DNA from: Clostridia bacterium
Lineage (GTDB): Bacteria; Bacillota; Clostridia; TANB77; RGIG9151
Assembly: GCA_017450465.1 (NCBI GenBank)
Contig: JAFSUW010000003.1
Coordinates: forward strand, 4,481 to 68,480
Length of the DNA: 64,000 nt
Reading direction: 5' to 3'
In this document: positions 42,080 to 52,399 of the stretch, piece after piece
Numbering within the stretch: the stretch's first letter is position 1
How the letters are laid out: each line of letters opens with the position of its first letter
Made by a program: the position numbers and the translations under genes
The notes under the pieces: generated by a model
Database searches by the model: none
What the model was told of the DNA's origin: nothing
The model's input: the letters and a program-made list of their open reading frames with translations, nothing else

Positions 42080-43060
42080 TTATCTTCCTAAACCAATTTT
42101 TTGTTTCATTACTTCATATTTTTGCTTAAATAATTCAGTAGTTCTATCGCGTCCTTTATTAAGAATGTCTTCTATATAGTCACTACCTACAATTGTTTTA
42201 TATCTTTCTTGAATACCTGAAAGTTCATTAACAACTACATCTGCTACTTCTTTTTTGAATGTTCCATAATTTGCTCCATCAAATTTCTTTTCAACCTCTT
42301 CAACAGTTTCGCCAGTTAAACTTATATAAATATTTATCAAATTTGATATCCCTGGCTTATTTTCTGGGTCAAATTTAATTAACATGTCACTATCAGTTGT
42401 TGCAGACATTATTTTTTTACGAACAAGATTTAAATCTTCTAACACACAAATAACGCCTTTTTTATTCTCTGCAGATTTACTCATCTTTACAGTAGGATTT
42501 TGTAAATCCATTATTTTAGTACCTTCTTTAGCAATAAGTGGCTCTGGCATTACAAAAGTATCACCATACTTTTTATTGAAACGTTCTGCTATATCACGTG
42601 CAAGCTCAACATGTTGCTTTTGGTCAATACCAACAGGCACATAATCTGTATCTACTCCTATGATATCTGCAGCCATAAGTACAGGATAAGTAAGTAGCCC
42701 AGATGTAAAATTAGTGTGCTTTAAGCTCTTATCCTTAAATTGCGTCATACGACTTAGTTCACCATAATATGTATTACATTCAAGTAACCATGAAACTGCT
42801 GGAATATATGGATTTTCCGACTGAATGTATATCGTATTTTTATCTGGATCAATACCACACGCAATGTATATAGCAATCAAGCTCTTTATATTCTCGCGAA
42901 GCTCATCCGGCTCCTGCGGAATTGTAATAGAATGAAGGTCTGCTACAAACAAAAATGAGTCATATTCATTTTGATAAACCTTCATCTGCCTGATTGCTCC
43001 TATATAATTTCCAAGTGTTATTACGCCAGTAGGTTGTAAACCTGTTAAAACTCTTTTCAT
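42080..43060 (-). CDS. trpS: tryptophan--tRNA ligase
   Basis: TGLQPTGVITLGNYIGA (HIGH-class variant), KMSKS. 326 aa. Confidence 0.9.
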   Translation of the reverse strand: MKRVLTGLQPTGVITLGNYIGAIRQMKVYQNEYDSFLFVADLHSITIPQEPDELRENIKSLIAIYIACGIDPDKNTIYIQSENPYIPAVSWLLECNTYYGELSRMTQFKDKSLKHTNFTSGLLTYPVLMAADIIGVDTDYVPVGIDQKQHVELARDIAERFNKKYGDTFVMPEPLIAKEGTKIMDLQNPTVKMSKSAENKKGVICVLEDLNLVRKKIMSATTDSDMLIKFDPENKPGISNLINIYISLTGETVEEVEKKFDGANYGTFKKEVADVVVNELSGIQERYKTIVGSDYIEDILNKGRDRTTELFKQKYEVMKQKIGLGR

Positions 43061-43177
43061 AAAAACTCCTCATTTCAAAAATATTCTCAAGATATTTTAT
43101 CATAAAAATAGTGATTGTTACAAGTTTTTTAAGAAATTTACTCATAAAAAAGAGACCTAATTAGGTCTCTTTTAATT

Positions 43178-46100
43178 TTAATTACCAAACGTATCTACAC
43201 ATTTTGAAGAAATTATCATTGCTTGTTCTCTTGTTGCTGTTCCAAGTACTCCAAACAAATTATTTCCCATACCTTTTATTATGTCTTTACCTGACATAAA
43301 GTATATTGCTCCTCTTGACCAACTTTGCATTAAATCATCATCTGCAAATTTTTCTACACTATCGAAATCTACAGATGTATCAATTCCAGCTTTTGTTAAT
43401 GCGTTTTCTATCATTCTTGCCATTTGCTCACGAGTTATTTCAGCATCTGGTGTAAATGTTGTGGTGCTTGTTCCACTTGTAATACTTAAGTTAAATGCTT
43501 TTAATACTTCGATATCATCTGTATCTGTAAATGGGTTCTTTGCAACTGGTATAGCTTTTTGACCAGTTAATTTTTCATATAGTTTTACTGCTACATGTGC
43601 AAATTCTTTTCTTGTTATATTTTTGGTCATGTCTTCTCCGTCAAACAATTTTGGCATTATTCCTTGATTATTTGCATTTTTCAAAAACTCTACTGCCCAA
43701 TCTGATGCATTACTCCAAGTTGCATTGCCATTATCTTTCGCTTCCTCTTCTTCGTTAACTTCTACATCTTTTATAATTTCCATTTCTTTTTCAAGTACTG
43801 GGAAAGTATATGAAATTGTTGCAGTATTTCCACCAAGTGTTATTTCTGCTGGTTCATGATTTACTGTAGCAGTTACCTTTTTAGAGAATTTATATCCATC
43901 TGCTAATTCTACTTTAGCAGTAAATACATAGCCAACACCTTCTTCAAAACGGCTATCTGTATCCCATTCACCTAGTGCTGGTGTTAATGCCTTTGTATTT
44001 GAAACGCTAAATGTTACATCTGGTGTTCCACCTATTTCAGGCATCGAAACATCAACTATAGAAACATCAGAAATTAAGTTGCTTGCTGCTTGTGCAAGTA
44101 CATATACCGTATACCATGTTTCTCCACCTTCAGTTTTATAACCGTCATATGCAGCATCGCTTACAAAAGTAATTGCATCATCTGCTACATAGTATTTGCC
44201 TGACGAGAAACCAAGTTCTAAATCATATCTTTCTTCTGGCTCTACTGACATACTAAAGAAATCATCTAATGTTCCATTATCGTTATATAATGACCATTCT
44301 CCCTTTGGATTACGTTTTACAAAATAATAGTCATCTTCACCATACTTTTGAACTTTAATTTGCATATTGCTTGTTGCCTTACCTGCGACATTAGATTCAA
44401 TTCCTTTAATGAAGTCTTCCATTGTCATTCCAGGTGCTAGTGCAGGCATATATACATCTGCATTTGCACTTTCATGTGCTACTATTCTGAATGTGCCTAT
44501 TAATACGTTATCATCTGCAGAGCTTGTTCCTTTAGCAACTGCAGCACATGCCATAACTGCATTGTCTTTAAAATAATATCCATCGTTTGCTCTAGCTCTT
44601 GCTATTAAATAATACACTTCGTTATCTTCGTATTTTTCTAATGCATCTATCTTTTCGCCATCTATTTCATCCTTATGCCATTCATAGCTCATTATTTTAG
44701 CATAATCTTTATATTCATCTGTAACTTCCGGTATAGGAAGTTTTTCGCCACCTTTAGCTACTGGCACATTTATAACTAAACCATTTAATGCGATTCTGTC
44801 ATTTTCTTCATCATATGAATATCCGCATGTTCTACATGTATATGTAGTAATATTTCCAAAATTATCTCCTCCGTCAAATATATGACGTTCTTCAATTATT
44901 TTCTCTCCACAAACTGAACATTGTTGATAGTGAATAGTTCCCTCAAAGTGTATTTCACTATCTTGATTATAACTATGGTCACATTCAAATTCGTACTCTT
45001 TTGAATAAATATATGCGTATTTACCATCATCAGAAACAGTAATTTTTTCAGGTGTTTTACCCATAATAACGAATTTTGTATTGTTAGTAAAACTATATCC
45101 ATTACCGGCAGTTAAAGTTGCCATTGCTGAATATTTTCCTGCTAATGCTTCCTGTTCTTCAGTAAGTGCTACACCATTATGATACCAAGTTGTTTTTATA
45201 TTTTTAATGCCTGTATCAGAACATTTTAAGGCATTTGCATCAAGAACCATACCATTTGCCATAGTGCCTAATATTTTAGCAGATGATATTTCTTTTGGAT
45301 TATTAGCATTACGTTTTGTTCTTAACCAATTTGAATTGTTTTTATAGTTTACAACTATTGTAGCTACATCCTTTGTATTATATAAATGCTTTGCATCCCA
45401 TTCATTACTTGGGAGTTCTTCACCATCTTTTGTAACCACATGAGTGTCAGGGCTTAATGCTTCGTAAGGGAAATGTATACTTCCTGGATCAGAAGCTGGA
45501 TTATAATAACCTTCATATTTTTTCTCTGTTCCAACTACCCAACCGTTTAATCGTGAATATCTAACATTAATCGTTGGTATATTTAATACTCTTAAATGAT
45601 TAGTTGAAAATACACCAGATTTTATTTTACCAGTTACTGAACCGCCATTATATGCATTTTTTGATAAAGCAAAAAGATCTGCATTACCTTTTGCTAAAAA
45701 TTCACCATTATTTATGTTTAATACTCCCTCTGTTGCTCTTATTACTGCGGCTCTTGAATAATCTAATCTAACATCCATATCTTCTTCGTAAGGGTTCAAA
45801 TCACTAAAACCTCTACCTAGAAAAATACCATCGTTAATAGTTACTTCACCGCCATCTAATGTAATACAATCACCATTTACTTGTTGCCAAGCATATCCAT
45901 CAAAACGTGCTCCAATAGCCCAACCTAAAACACCAAATTGAAGGGCATAATCTAATTGATGATCATAGTTTTCAATATCCATTCCACCTGTTATCCAAAT
46001 TTCTTTAGAGCGTCCTGCTTCTAATGTACCACCATTTACAGTTAATTTTCCGCCATCAACATGAATAACATTTCTGTATTTTACATCTTTATTTGAATAA

Positions 46101-46501
46101 TCAAGACCATATCTACCTGGATGATCAATTCTACCATAGCAGAATAGTTTACCTGAATTATTACCGCTAGAATCGTTAACAATAAGTTCAGAACCTTCTT
46201 CAATTTTAATCATTGTAGTTTCAAATCCAGTTTCAGCATTTAATTCAACTGAATGCCCATTTAAATCAAGAGTTTTACGACCTTTGCCAAGTGTTATCCA
46301 ATATGGACCAGTTTTCATCGTAGTTGTTGTATAGATGATATCTGATACAACTTTAATTGTAACATCTCCATCCATACTTAAATATTTTGTAAGTGATTGT
46401 GGTCCTGCAATTTCTTGATATTCCTCTTCAGCAAAAGCTGTAAAAGGTAGAACACAAAAAACTGCAACAATAAAGAGAACAAGTAACTTTCTCATTTTCA
46501 T
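43178..46501 (-). CDS. large (1107 aa) secreted surface protein with C-terminal triple SLH (S-layer homology) anchor, beta-helix-like middle region and a Cys-rich zinc-ribbon-like insert
   Basis: Signal peptide. C-terminal repeats FTDTDD..., FTPDAEITREQMARMI, FGVLGTATREQAMII typical of SLH. Hairpin plus T-run terminator at 43143-43175. Confidence 0.7.
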   Translation of the reverse strand: MKMRKLLVLFIVAVFCVLPFTAFAEEEYQEIAGPQSLTKYLSMDGDVTIKVVSDIIYTTTTMKTGPYWITLGKGRKTLDLNGHSVELNAETGFETTMIKIEEGSELIVNDSSGNNSGKLFCYGRIDHPGRYGLDYSNKDVKYRNVIHVDGGKLTVNGGTLEAGRSKEIWITGGMDIENYDHQLDYALQFGVLGWAIGARFDGYAWQQVNGDCITLDGGEVTINDGIFLGRGFSDLNPYEEDMDVRLDYSRAAVIRATEGVLNINNGEFLAKGNADLFALSKNAYNGGSVTGKIKSGVFSTNHLRVLNIPTINVRYSRLNGWVVGTEKKYEGYYNPASDPGSIHFPYEALSPDTHVVTKDGEELPSNEWDAKHLYNTKDVATIVVNYKNNSNWLRTKRNANNPKEISSAKILGTMANGMVLDANALKCSDTGIKNIKTTWYHNGVALTEEQEALAGKYSAMATLTAGNGYSFTNNTKFVIMGKTPEKITVSDDGKYAYIYSKEYEFECDHSYNQDSEIHFEGTIHYQQCSVCGEKIIEERHIFDGGDNFGNITTYTCRTCGYSYDEENDRIALNGLVINVPVAKGGEKLPIPEVTDEYKDYAKIMSYEWHKDEIDGEKIDALEKYEDNEVYYLIARARANDGYYFKDNAVMACAAVAKGTSSADDNVLIGTFRIVAHESANADVYMPALAPGMTMEDFIKGIESNVAGKATSNMQIKVQKYGEDDYYFVKRNPKGEWSLYNDNGTLDDFFSMSVEPEERYDLELGFSSGKYYVADDAITFVSDAAYDGYKTEGGETWYTVYVLAQAASNLISDVSIVDVSMPEIGGTPDVTFSVSNTKALTPALGEWDTDSRFEEGVGYVFTAKVELADGYKFSKKVTATVNHEPAEITLGGNTATISYTFPVLEKEMEIIKDVEVNEEEEAKDNGNATWSNASDWAVEFLKNANNQGIMPKLFDGEDMTKNITRKEFAHVAVKLYEKLTGQKAIPVAKNPFTDTDDIEVLKAFNLSITSGTSTTTFTPDAEITREQMARMIENALTKAGIDTSVDFDSVEKFADDDLMQSWSRGAIYFMSGKDIIKGMGNNLFGVLGTATREQAMIISSKCVDTFGN

Positions 46502-46626
46502 AAATAATCTCTCCCTTTTCTTATGTATTTTTATTAAACCAAAAATATTATATATTTTTGATTTCTTTATTTCAAGATTAATAACTTTTTTTATAAAAAA
46601 GCCAAACCTTTCGGCTTGGCTTAATT

Positions 46627-49600
46627 TTACTTCTTTAATCCATCTATTACTTGATTATTTGTCTTTAACAAAATTGTTCCTGGTTCAAATTGTTCACCAT
46701 TATTTGTAACTCTTGCTCTATATGTTAAAACAGTTTTTGTTTCATTTGGACTCCATTTTGGATCATATGGATTCCAATAACTAATTGTAAGTTTTTGACC
46801 ATTCTGACTTCTTAAGTATCCACAGAAACCAGTTCCATATAAATACTCTACAAATGTCATATTATTCGGAATAGCATCTTCAATTATTGCACTATATTTA
46901 TTACCATCATCGTATAATTTCTTATTATCTATCGTAATTGATACTTCTACAATATCTCCTTCTTTAGCATTTGTATTACTATAAGTTTTTGAAATAATAT
47001 ATTTGTTCTTTGGAACAGTTGTAAAGTCTACTGGTTTATATTCTTCTAGCATCACACTTAAGTTATTGGTTATGCTATCTACAGCAATATCATTCTTACG
47101 AGCAAGTAAAACACGCTTAAATCCAATACCTTTTACTTCTACTTCTTCTATATTACCATTTACGTTTAATTTTAGTACACCCTTTTTGTAATTCTTAGAA
47201 ACTGCATTTTGAACGTAATATAACTTAATAAAATCACTATGTTCAGGTAAACTTTCCTTTGCCATAAATGTTCTATATAAATCGTTTCTTTCATTTAAGT
47301 TTAACTTAATTGCAAGTATTGTTTTAAGTTCAAACTCTATTTCTTCTTTTTCAGTTATAGTGTTACTTACAATATCATAAATTTCTTTTGCATCATCATA
47401 TGAACCCAAATCTGCAAAAGCAAGTGCTAAATATAATACTCTTTCTTTAGTGAATGCACCTTTATTCTTAAGCATTTCTTCTTTTGCTTCACGAAGTTCT
47501 TTAAGTGAAACATCATCTAAGTTTACTTTTGCCCAAAGTACTGCTTCATCTCCAAGGCGAACTTCTATCTTTTCTAGCACTTTTTCTTTTTCATAATCGG
47601 ATATACGCACTGATTTTGTTCCTAACATACGAAGAGCAAGACGTGCATCATCAGAACTATTTTTTAGTACTTTAAACAGGCGTGTATTTGCATCATACAT
47701 ATATGATTTACTATAATCAAACTCGGTGCCGTTATATAAGTTACCTAGTATTCTTGATGCTTCTTTTGAAATAAGAGATGTGTCATTTCTTTCAGCATTA
47801 AATAAATATGATAATTCAAATATAGTTGGTAAAACTTCTTTTAAGTCAGTATTTACTAAATATAAATATCCTTTTGGTGAAACTATAGTAATTTTATCAC
47901 CTGAATGCAAAATGATGTCTTTACGCATTGTAGCATCAAGTAAACTTTCTGTTACTTCTATCTCATCAATCAAAGTATCTTTTAAGCCATTACACGTGCC
48001 TGTTATTTTTATCTTATAAGTTCCCTTTTCTTTTATTGGCTTCTTTATCTTATATGATAAAACTTGTGCTACTTTTGCATTTACAGTGTCTTTTTCAAGA
48101 GTTTCATTGTTTTCGTTTAATATTTCTATATCAAATTTTACATCTTTACCACTATAAAGTTTTGAAAAACTCTTAATGTTAAATCCAAAGTTCTCTCCAA
48201 CTAAATATCTATCTTTATGATTTACATTTACGAAGAAATCTTTACTTACTTTAATCTTCTTTTCGTCTTCTTTTACTTTATAGTCATCGGATATTGCTTG
48301 TACAGTAATTGTCCATTCTGTAATGTTGTCTGGAAGTTTAATCTTTATGGTTGCTTCGCCATTTTCATCTGTCACAACATTTTCAAAGAACGCAGTAACT
48401 CGTAAATCATCTCTTACTGTACTACCTTCACTACTACTTTCAGCCATATCCAATGCAGCTTCTTCCATTACAGCTCCAGCAGCAAAATTAACCGAATCTG
48501 TCAAATTCATAATTCCCATTTCTTTTGTCATCACACGCATACTATTGCTACTTGAATTTATTCTATATGCATTTTGAAGTGTACTAATCATATCTGTGTA
48601 TACTGAACCATTAGCATCAATATATGCTGTATCAAGTGCCGATAAATTAATACCTGTTTTAACTCCCTTGCCATCAGATGTTGCTTTTATCTTTACAATC
48701 ATTTCATCCTTTGGCTCATAAACTTCTTTATCTAGAGTAACGCTTAAATCGAGTGTTAATGCTTCTTCGCAAAGTGATATAGTTGGCGAATAAGGATACC
48801 ACATATAATCATCAAAAGCAAACATTGAATAGTAAATGCCTACATTTGAAGTTGGCGAATATGTTTTTCTCGAGTCATATAATAATGTATATGTGCTAGC
48901 GTTTGCTCCCATTTCCTTAGTAAATGTAAAATGAGGAGCTTCACCTTTGTTGTGGTATATTTTATTTCCATCGGCAGATACAACTAGTGTATAGAAATCA
49001 AATTTTGAATAGTCATTAATACGTCTACCATGGTCATCTTTTAAGTAAAATTTAACTTCGTCACCAACTTTTAATTTGTCATTTCTTTCATAAGCAATTG
49101 CATAACTTAATTCATCATTTATAATTGGTGCTACATACTCTATTTCCTCATATTGTGTTGTAGAATTAACTGTTTTATATGAGTATGAATAAATACCACC
49201 ATCATATCCAAGTGCAAGTTCTTTTCCTGTGTCTGTAATTAAATATGCCTTAAAAGTATAATAACAATTTTTATCCTTCTTATAATTTTCAAGTTTGTAT
49301 GTGCCTTTACCATTTTTCATATCAACAATAAATGTTTTATTGTAACTAGGTTCAGCAACTTGGTCATATCTTACGACGTCTTCCATTTCTTTTGTATATT
49401 TATTATATCTTTGACCTGTAACGGTTCTTACAGTCTTATATGCACTCGCTACTACTTTAATTTTATCGTTTGCAGGTTTTGTACGGTCTAAGGATAAATA
49501 TTCGTTGAATTCGAAGTGATATTTATTTTCATCAACTATAAACCTAGCACCACCATCTGCTGAATGTTTATATGGGTACACCGTAAACGTAAATGTTTCT

Positions 49601-51594
49601 TGCTCGCCATCTATGTACGAATTAAGTATTGTAACTCTTGCAGTCTCGGGACGTAAATTTGTCTTTTCTTTAGCAATTACAAGAGGTACTTTCACAACTG
49701 CGTTACCTGAAGCATCTGTTTTTACAGTTCCTTTTTGTGGCTTCATAGAATCATTATAGTAATACTTATTATTGATTTCATATTCAAAATCTAGGTCAGT
49801 AAGTGGTGTTCCATCATAAGTTGCAGCAGTAATGTTTATAACACCTTCTTCACCTGTTAAATAGCTTGTCTTTTCTGGTTTTATTTCTATTTGATACTGC
49901 TTTAATTCATAATTTCGTATGCTTATATATCTTGAATAAATTTGCTTATCACCAATATAAAGTCTTGCCTGTAAACTTCCCTCATCATTCACATCAGTAA
50001 TTTCAAAATCTGTCTCAAATGTACCAACATCAGTTAGTGTAAGCGGTATTTCTTGCAAAACATCATCGTAATTTGAAATTATTTTTAATGTTGCATTATC
50101 TACTTTTACTTTACGATTTCTTGCATAACCCCAAAAATGAGCCGTTTCACCTACTTTATATGTATTTCTATCTACATATAGGTAACCATTGTTAAATCTA
50201 CTAAGTGAAGTTAATGAATTTTCACCATTAAATTTACTATACACTTGATATGAAATGTCTACTATATAATGCTTGTTACCACCATCAAATTCTATATAAT
50301 TAAATTCGTCTTCTAAATTTACTATCTTCCTAAACTCTTCAAGATAAAGCATACCATCGTTAGATGTTGTACCTAATTTTTGATTATTTAAGTACACATC
50401 AACACTATTATTGTTTCCATCTTTACCTTTGTAAAGGATCATGAAATTATCATCTGCAAGTGTTGAAACAGTGGCTACTGTGTTATTTATTTGGAACAAA
50501 GCTACCTCAGTATCATCATTTAATGTAAGTACTGCTAAATAGTAACCTTCTTCTTTTAAGGTTAAATTAGATTCAACAGAAATTTCATCTGAATAATAGT
50601 ACCTTTTCGTTTTTTTGGCCTCAGCATACCTATTCATTATTTCAGACTTGATATCTTTTTTATAAACTTCATTATACGATTTTGTATCATATGTATTTGT
50701 CAAATTTTCGCCTAGATCTATTTCTTTCATAAGTTTTAAGAAATTTTCTTTAGTTTTTACGTTAAATATTTTTACTTCTGCTTTCTTTAAGGAAAGTTCT
50801 TTATCCATGTCTATATATAAATTAAGTGATAAATCTATTTTAGAAGTTGGAGTATAACGATTTAATAGTAATAAAGTGCCATAAACATCTTCTGATTTTT
50901 CGTTTGCTACTAAAAAGCTATATTTATAATCTTCTCTTAATTCATTGCCATCTACATCTTTTAGGCCTTTTTTTACAGTAACTGTATAAGTTTTTCCCAT
51001 AGTAAAATTAGTATTATGTTCAAAACGATAATTATAAGTATAACTTTTTACCCATTTACCATTTACTTTTGGCTCTATTTCTACATATTTAGATAAATCT
51101 TCTACATTTACTTCTCCATTAAAACTGATTTCTGGTACTCCTTTTTCACCTAACACCTGATTATTATCTGGATATGTATAATCTACCTCAAAGATTCTCT
51201 CAGTTTGGAAAGCCCATCTTTTAGTTCCATCAGTCGTTTTTTCAATAACATTATAAACTTGATCTTCTTCTAAATCAGTTACTGGAGTAATTTTGTAGTT
51301 TTTACTATCTACTTTAGTTATTTCAATTTCAGTACGAGGTTTTAATGAAAATGTGTTATATACATATTCATCAGTAACATCCTTATCAAACTTTAAGTCA
51401 AAAGTAGTTTTAATAGGTATTTTACTATCTACCTCATCACTTGATACGATTTTTACATCACAAATTTTGTCAAATACTTCTTTCTCAGTAATATTGCTTG
51501 CAAGCTTAATTGCTGCTTTGCTTTCATTATTTGCTGCACAACCACACATAAGCATCATACAACATACAAATAAAAGAATCTTAAAATATCGCAT
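46627..51594 (-). CDS. giant (1655 aa) alpha-2-macroglobulin-like lipoprotein, paralog of 33311-38065, thioester motif not seen
   Basis: Lipoprotein signal MLMCGC. LPDNITEWTITVQAIS A2M-family motif. MG-like repeats. Terminator AAGCCAA...TTGGCTT at 46600-46626. Confidence 0.5.
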   Translation of the reverse strand: MRYFKILLFVCCMMLMCGCAANNESKAAIKLASNITEKEVFDKICDVKIVSSDEVDSKIPIKTTFDLKFDKDVTDEYVYNTFSLKPRTEIEITKVDSKNYKITPVTDLEEDQVYNVIEKTTDGTKRWAFQTERIFEVDYTYPDNNQVLGEKGVPEISFNGEVNVEDLSKYVEIEPKVNGKWVKSYTYNYRFEHNTNFTMGKTYTVTVKKGLKDVDGNELREDYKYSFLVANEKSEDVYGTLLLLNRYTPTSKIDLSLNLYIDMDKELSLKKAEVKIFNVKTKENFLKLMKEIDLGENLTNTYDTKSYNEVYKKDIKSEIMNRYAEAKKTKRYYYSDEISVESNLTLKEEGYYLAVLTLNDDTEVALFQINNTVATVSTLADDNFMILYKGKDGNNNSVDVYLNNQKLGTTSNDGMLYLEEFRKIVNLEDEFNYIEFDGGNKHYIVDISYQVYSKFNGENSLTSLSRFNNGYLYVDRNTYKVGETAHFWGYARNRKVKVDNATLKIISNYDDVLQEIPLTLTDVGTFETDFEITDVNDEGSLQARLYIGDKQIYSRYISIRNYELKQYQIEIKPEKTSYLTGEEGVINITAATYDGTPLTDLDFEYEINNKYYYNDSMKPQKGTVKTDASGNAVVKVPLVIAKEKTNLRPETARVTILNSYIDGEQETFTFTVYPYKHSADGGARFIVDENKYHFEFNEYLSLDRTKPANDKIKVVASAYKTVRTVTGQRYNKYTKEMEDVVRYDQVAEPSYNKTFIVDMKNGKGTYKLENYKKDKNCYYTFKAYLITDTGKELALGYDGGIYSYSYKTVNSTTQYEEIEYVAPIINDELSYAIAYERNDKLKVGDEVKFYLKDDHGRRINDYSKFDFYTLVVSADGNKIYHNKGEAPHFTFTKEMGANASTYTLLYDSRKTYSPTSNVGIYYSMFAFDDYMWYPYSPTISLCEEALTLDLSVTLDKEVYEPKDEMIVKIKATSDGKGVKTGINLSALDTAYIDANGSVYTDMISTLQNAYRINSSSNSMRVMTKEMGIMNLTDSVNFAAGAVMEEAALDMAESSSEGSTVRDDLRVTAFFENVVTDENGEATIKIKLPDNITEWTITVQAISDDYKVKEDEKKIKVSKDFFVNVNHKDRYLVGENFGFNIKSFSKLYSGKDVKFDIEILNENNETLEKDTVNAKVAQVLSYKIKKPIKEKGTYKIKITGTCNGLKDTLIDEIEVTESLLDATMRKDIILHSGDKITIVSPKGYLYLVNTDLKEVLPTIFELSYLFNAERNDTSLISKEASRILGNLYNGTEFDYSKSYMYDANTRLFKVLKNSSDDARLALRMLGTKSVRISDYEKEKVLEKIEVRLGDEAVLWAKVNLDDVSLKELREAKEEMLKNKGAFTKERVLYLALAFADLGSYDDAKEIYDIVSNTITEKEEIEFELKTILAIKLNLNERNDLYRTFMAKESLPEHSDFIKLYYVQNAVSKNYKKGVLKLNVNGNIEEVEVKGIGFKRVLLARKNDIAVDSITNNLSVMLEEYKPVDFTTVPKNKYIISKTYSNTNAKEGDIVEVSITIDNKKLYDDGNKYSAIIEDAIPNNMTFVEYLYGTGFCGYLRSQNGQKLTISYWNPYDPKWSPNETKTVLTYRARVTNNGEQFEPGTILLKTNNQVIDGLKK

Positions 51595-51673
51595 TAGTAT
51601 CCCCCTTTTCTTTATACATTAATAATACCTTTTTAAAATAAAATTTGCCACACAAAAAATAAAAAAATTTTAG

Positions 51674-51767
51674 TTGTCAGCGGGGACAGCTTGTCAGAAG
51701 GGACGGGGGCAACTGACCACTTTGCTTTACATAAATGTGGTCATTTGCCCCCGTCCCTATTGACAGA
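51674..51767. repeat. GC-rich palindromic intergenic repeat element, copy 2 (inverted orientation relative to copy 1)
   Basis: TTGTCAGAAGGGACGGGGGCAACTGACCAC / GTGGTCATTTGCCCCCGTCCCTATTGACAG arms with partial extra arm GTTGTCAGCGGGGACAGC on the opposite side from copy 1. Confidence 0.7.
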
Positions 51768-51790
51768 AAACACCGTTTTTGTTTTTTAAG

Positions 51791-51819
51791 TTGCATTTTT
51801 CACCATATTCTGTTAAAAT
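51791..51819 (+). promoter_or_regulatory. promoter TTGCAT, 17-nt spacer, TAAAAT
   Basis: Read from sequence. TAGGAGGT RBS 8 nt before ATG 51901. Confidence 0.45.
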
Positions 51820-51900
51820 TAATTTGGTAGACGTAACGTAGCAAGTATGAATGAGTTAAAAATTATTCAGGACGTAAGGCATAAATAGGAGGTATTTATT

Positions 51901-52365
51901 ATGCCAGTTGTATTAAAAGTTGAAACCGGATGGATTCTCCCAACAGGAGAAAAAATCCTGCTCGGCAACAAGTATCACTCTGATATTGTCGCGTTATTTT
52001 TGACCGGGCTACTCGAAGTTGATCCTTCTTTGGGCCGATACTGCATAAACCAACTGAAAAATTACGCAAAGCAGTTTCCTGCCCTGGGGACTACCGACAT
52101 CATCGAGGATTTCGCGGTCTTCCGTCTTCGATGGATCAAAATCGGCAACAATCGTGGATACAACAACAACATGACAATCACGATTGCTCGATACGATTTT
52201 TATGCCGAAACCATCAAGCGGTATCAGAACCAGGGTTATTTCGTAAATGTCGTAACCCCTCCGGCCGGTCACACCTATGAAGCAATCGAAGCACGCGAAT
52301 ATGAGAAACTCAACATCCAGGGGGTATTAAGCAAAGGAAATTTAAATTTAACACTTGACAACTAA
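51901..52365 (+). CDS. hypothetical 154-aa protein, atypical GC (about 45%), monocistronic cassette
   Basis: Strong RBS, own promoter, terminator AAAGGCACT...AGTGCCTTTT at 52369-52400. No family recognised. Confidence 0.5.
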   Translation: MPVVLKVETGWILPTGEKILLGNKYHSDIVALFLTGLLEVDPSLGRYCINQLKNYAKQFPALGTTDIIEDFAVFRLRWIKIGNNRGYNNNMTITIARYDFYAETIKRYQNQGYFVNVVTPPAGHTYEAIEAREYEKLNIQGVLSKGNLNLTLDN

Positions 52366-52399
52366 TAAAAAGGCACTTCCTATCAAAAGGGAGTGCCTT

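Noticed and set aside
43061-43177. T-box leader for trpS
   Set aside because: Only about 115 nt separate trpS from the upstream gene. Most of that is the upstream gene's terminator hairpin, so there is no room for a T-box. trpS appears to head an operon with mutS-murD.
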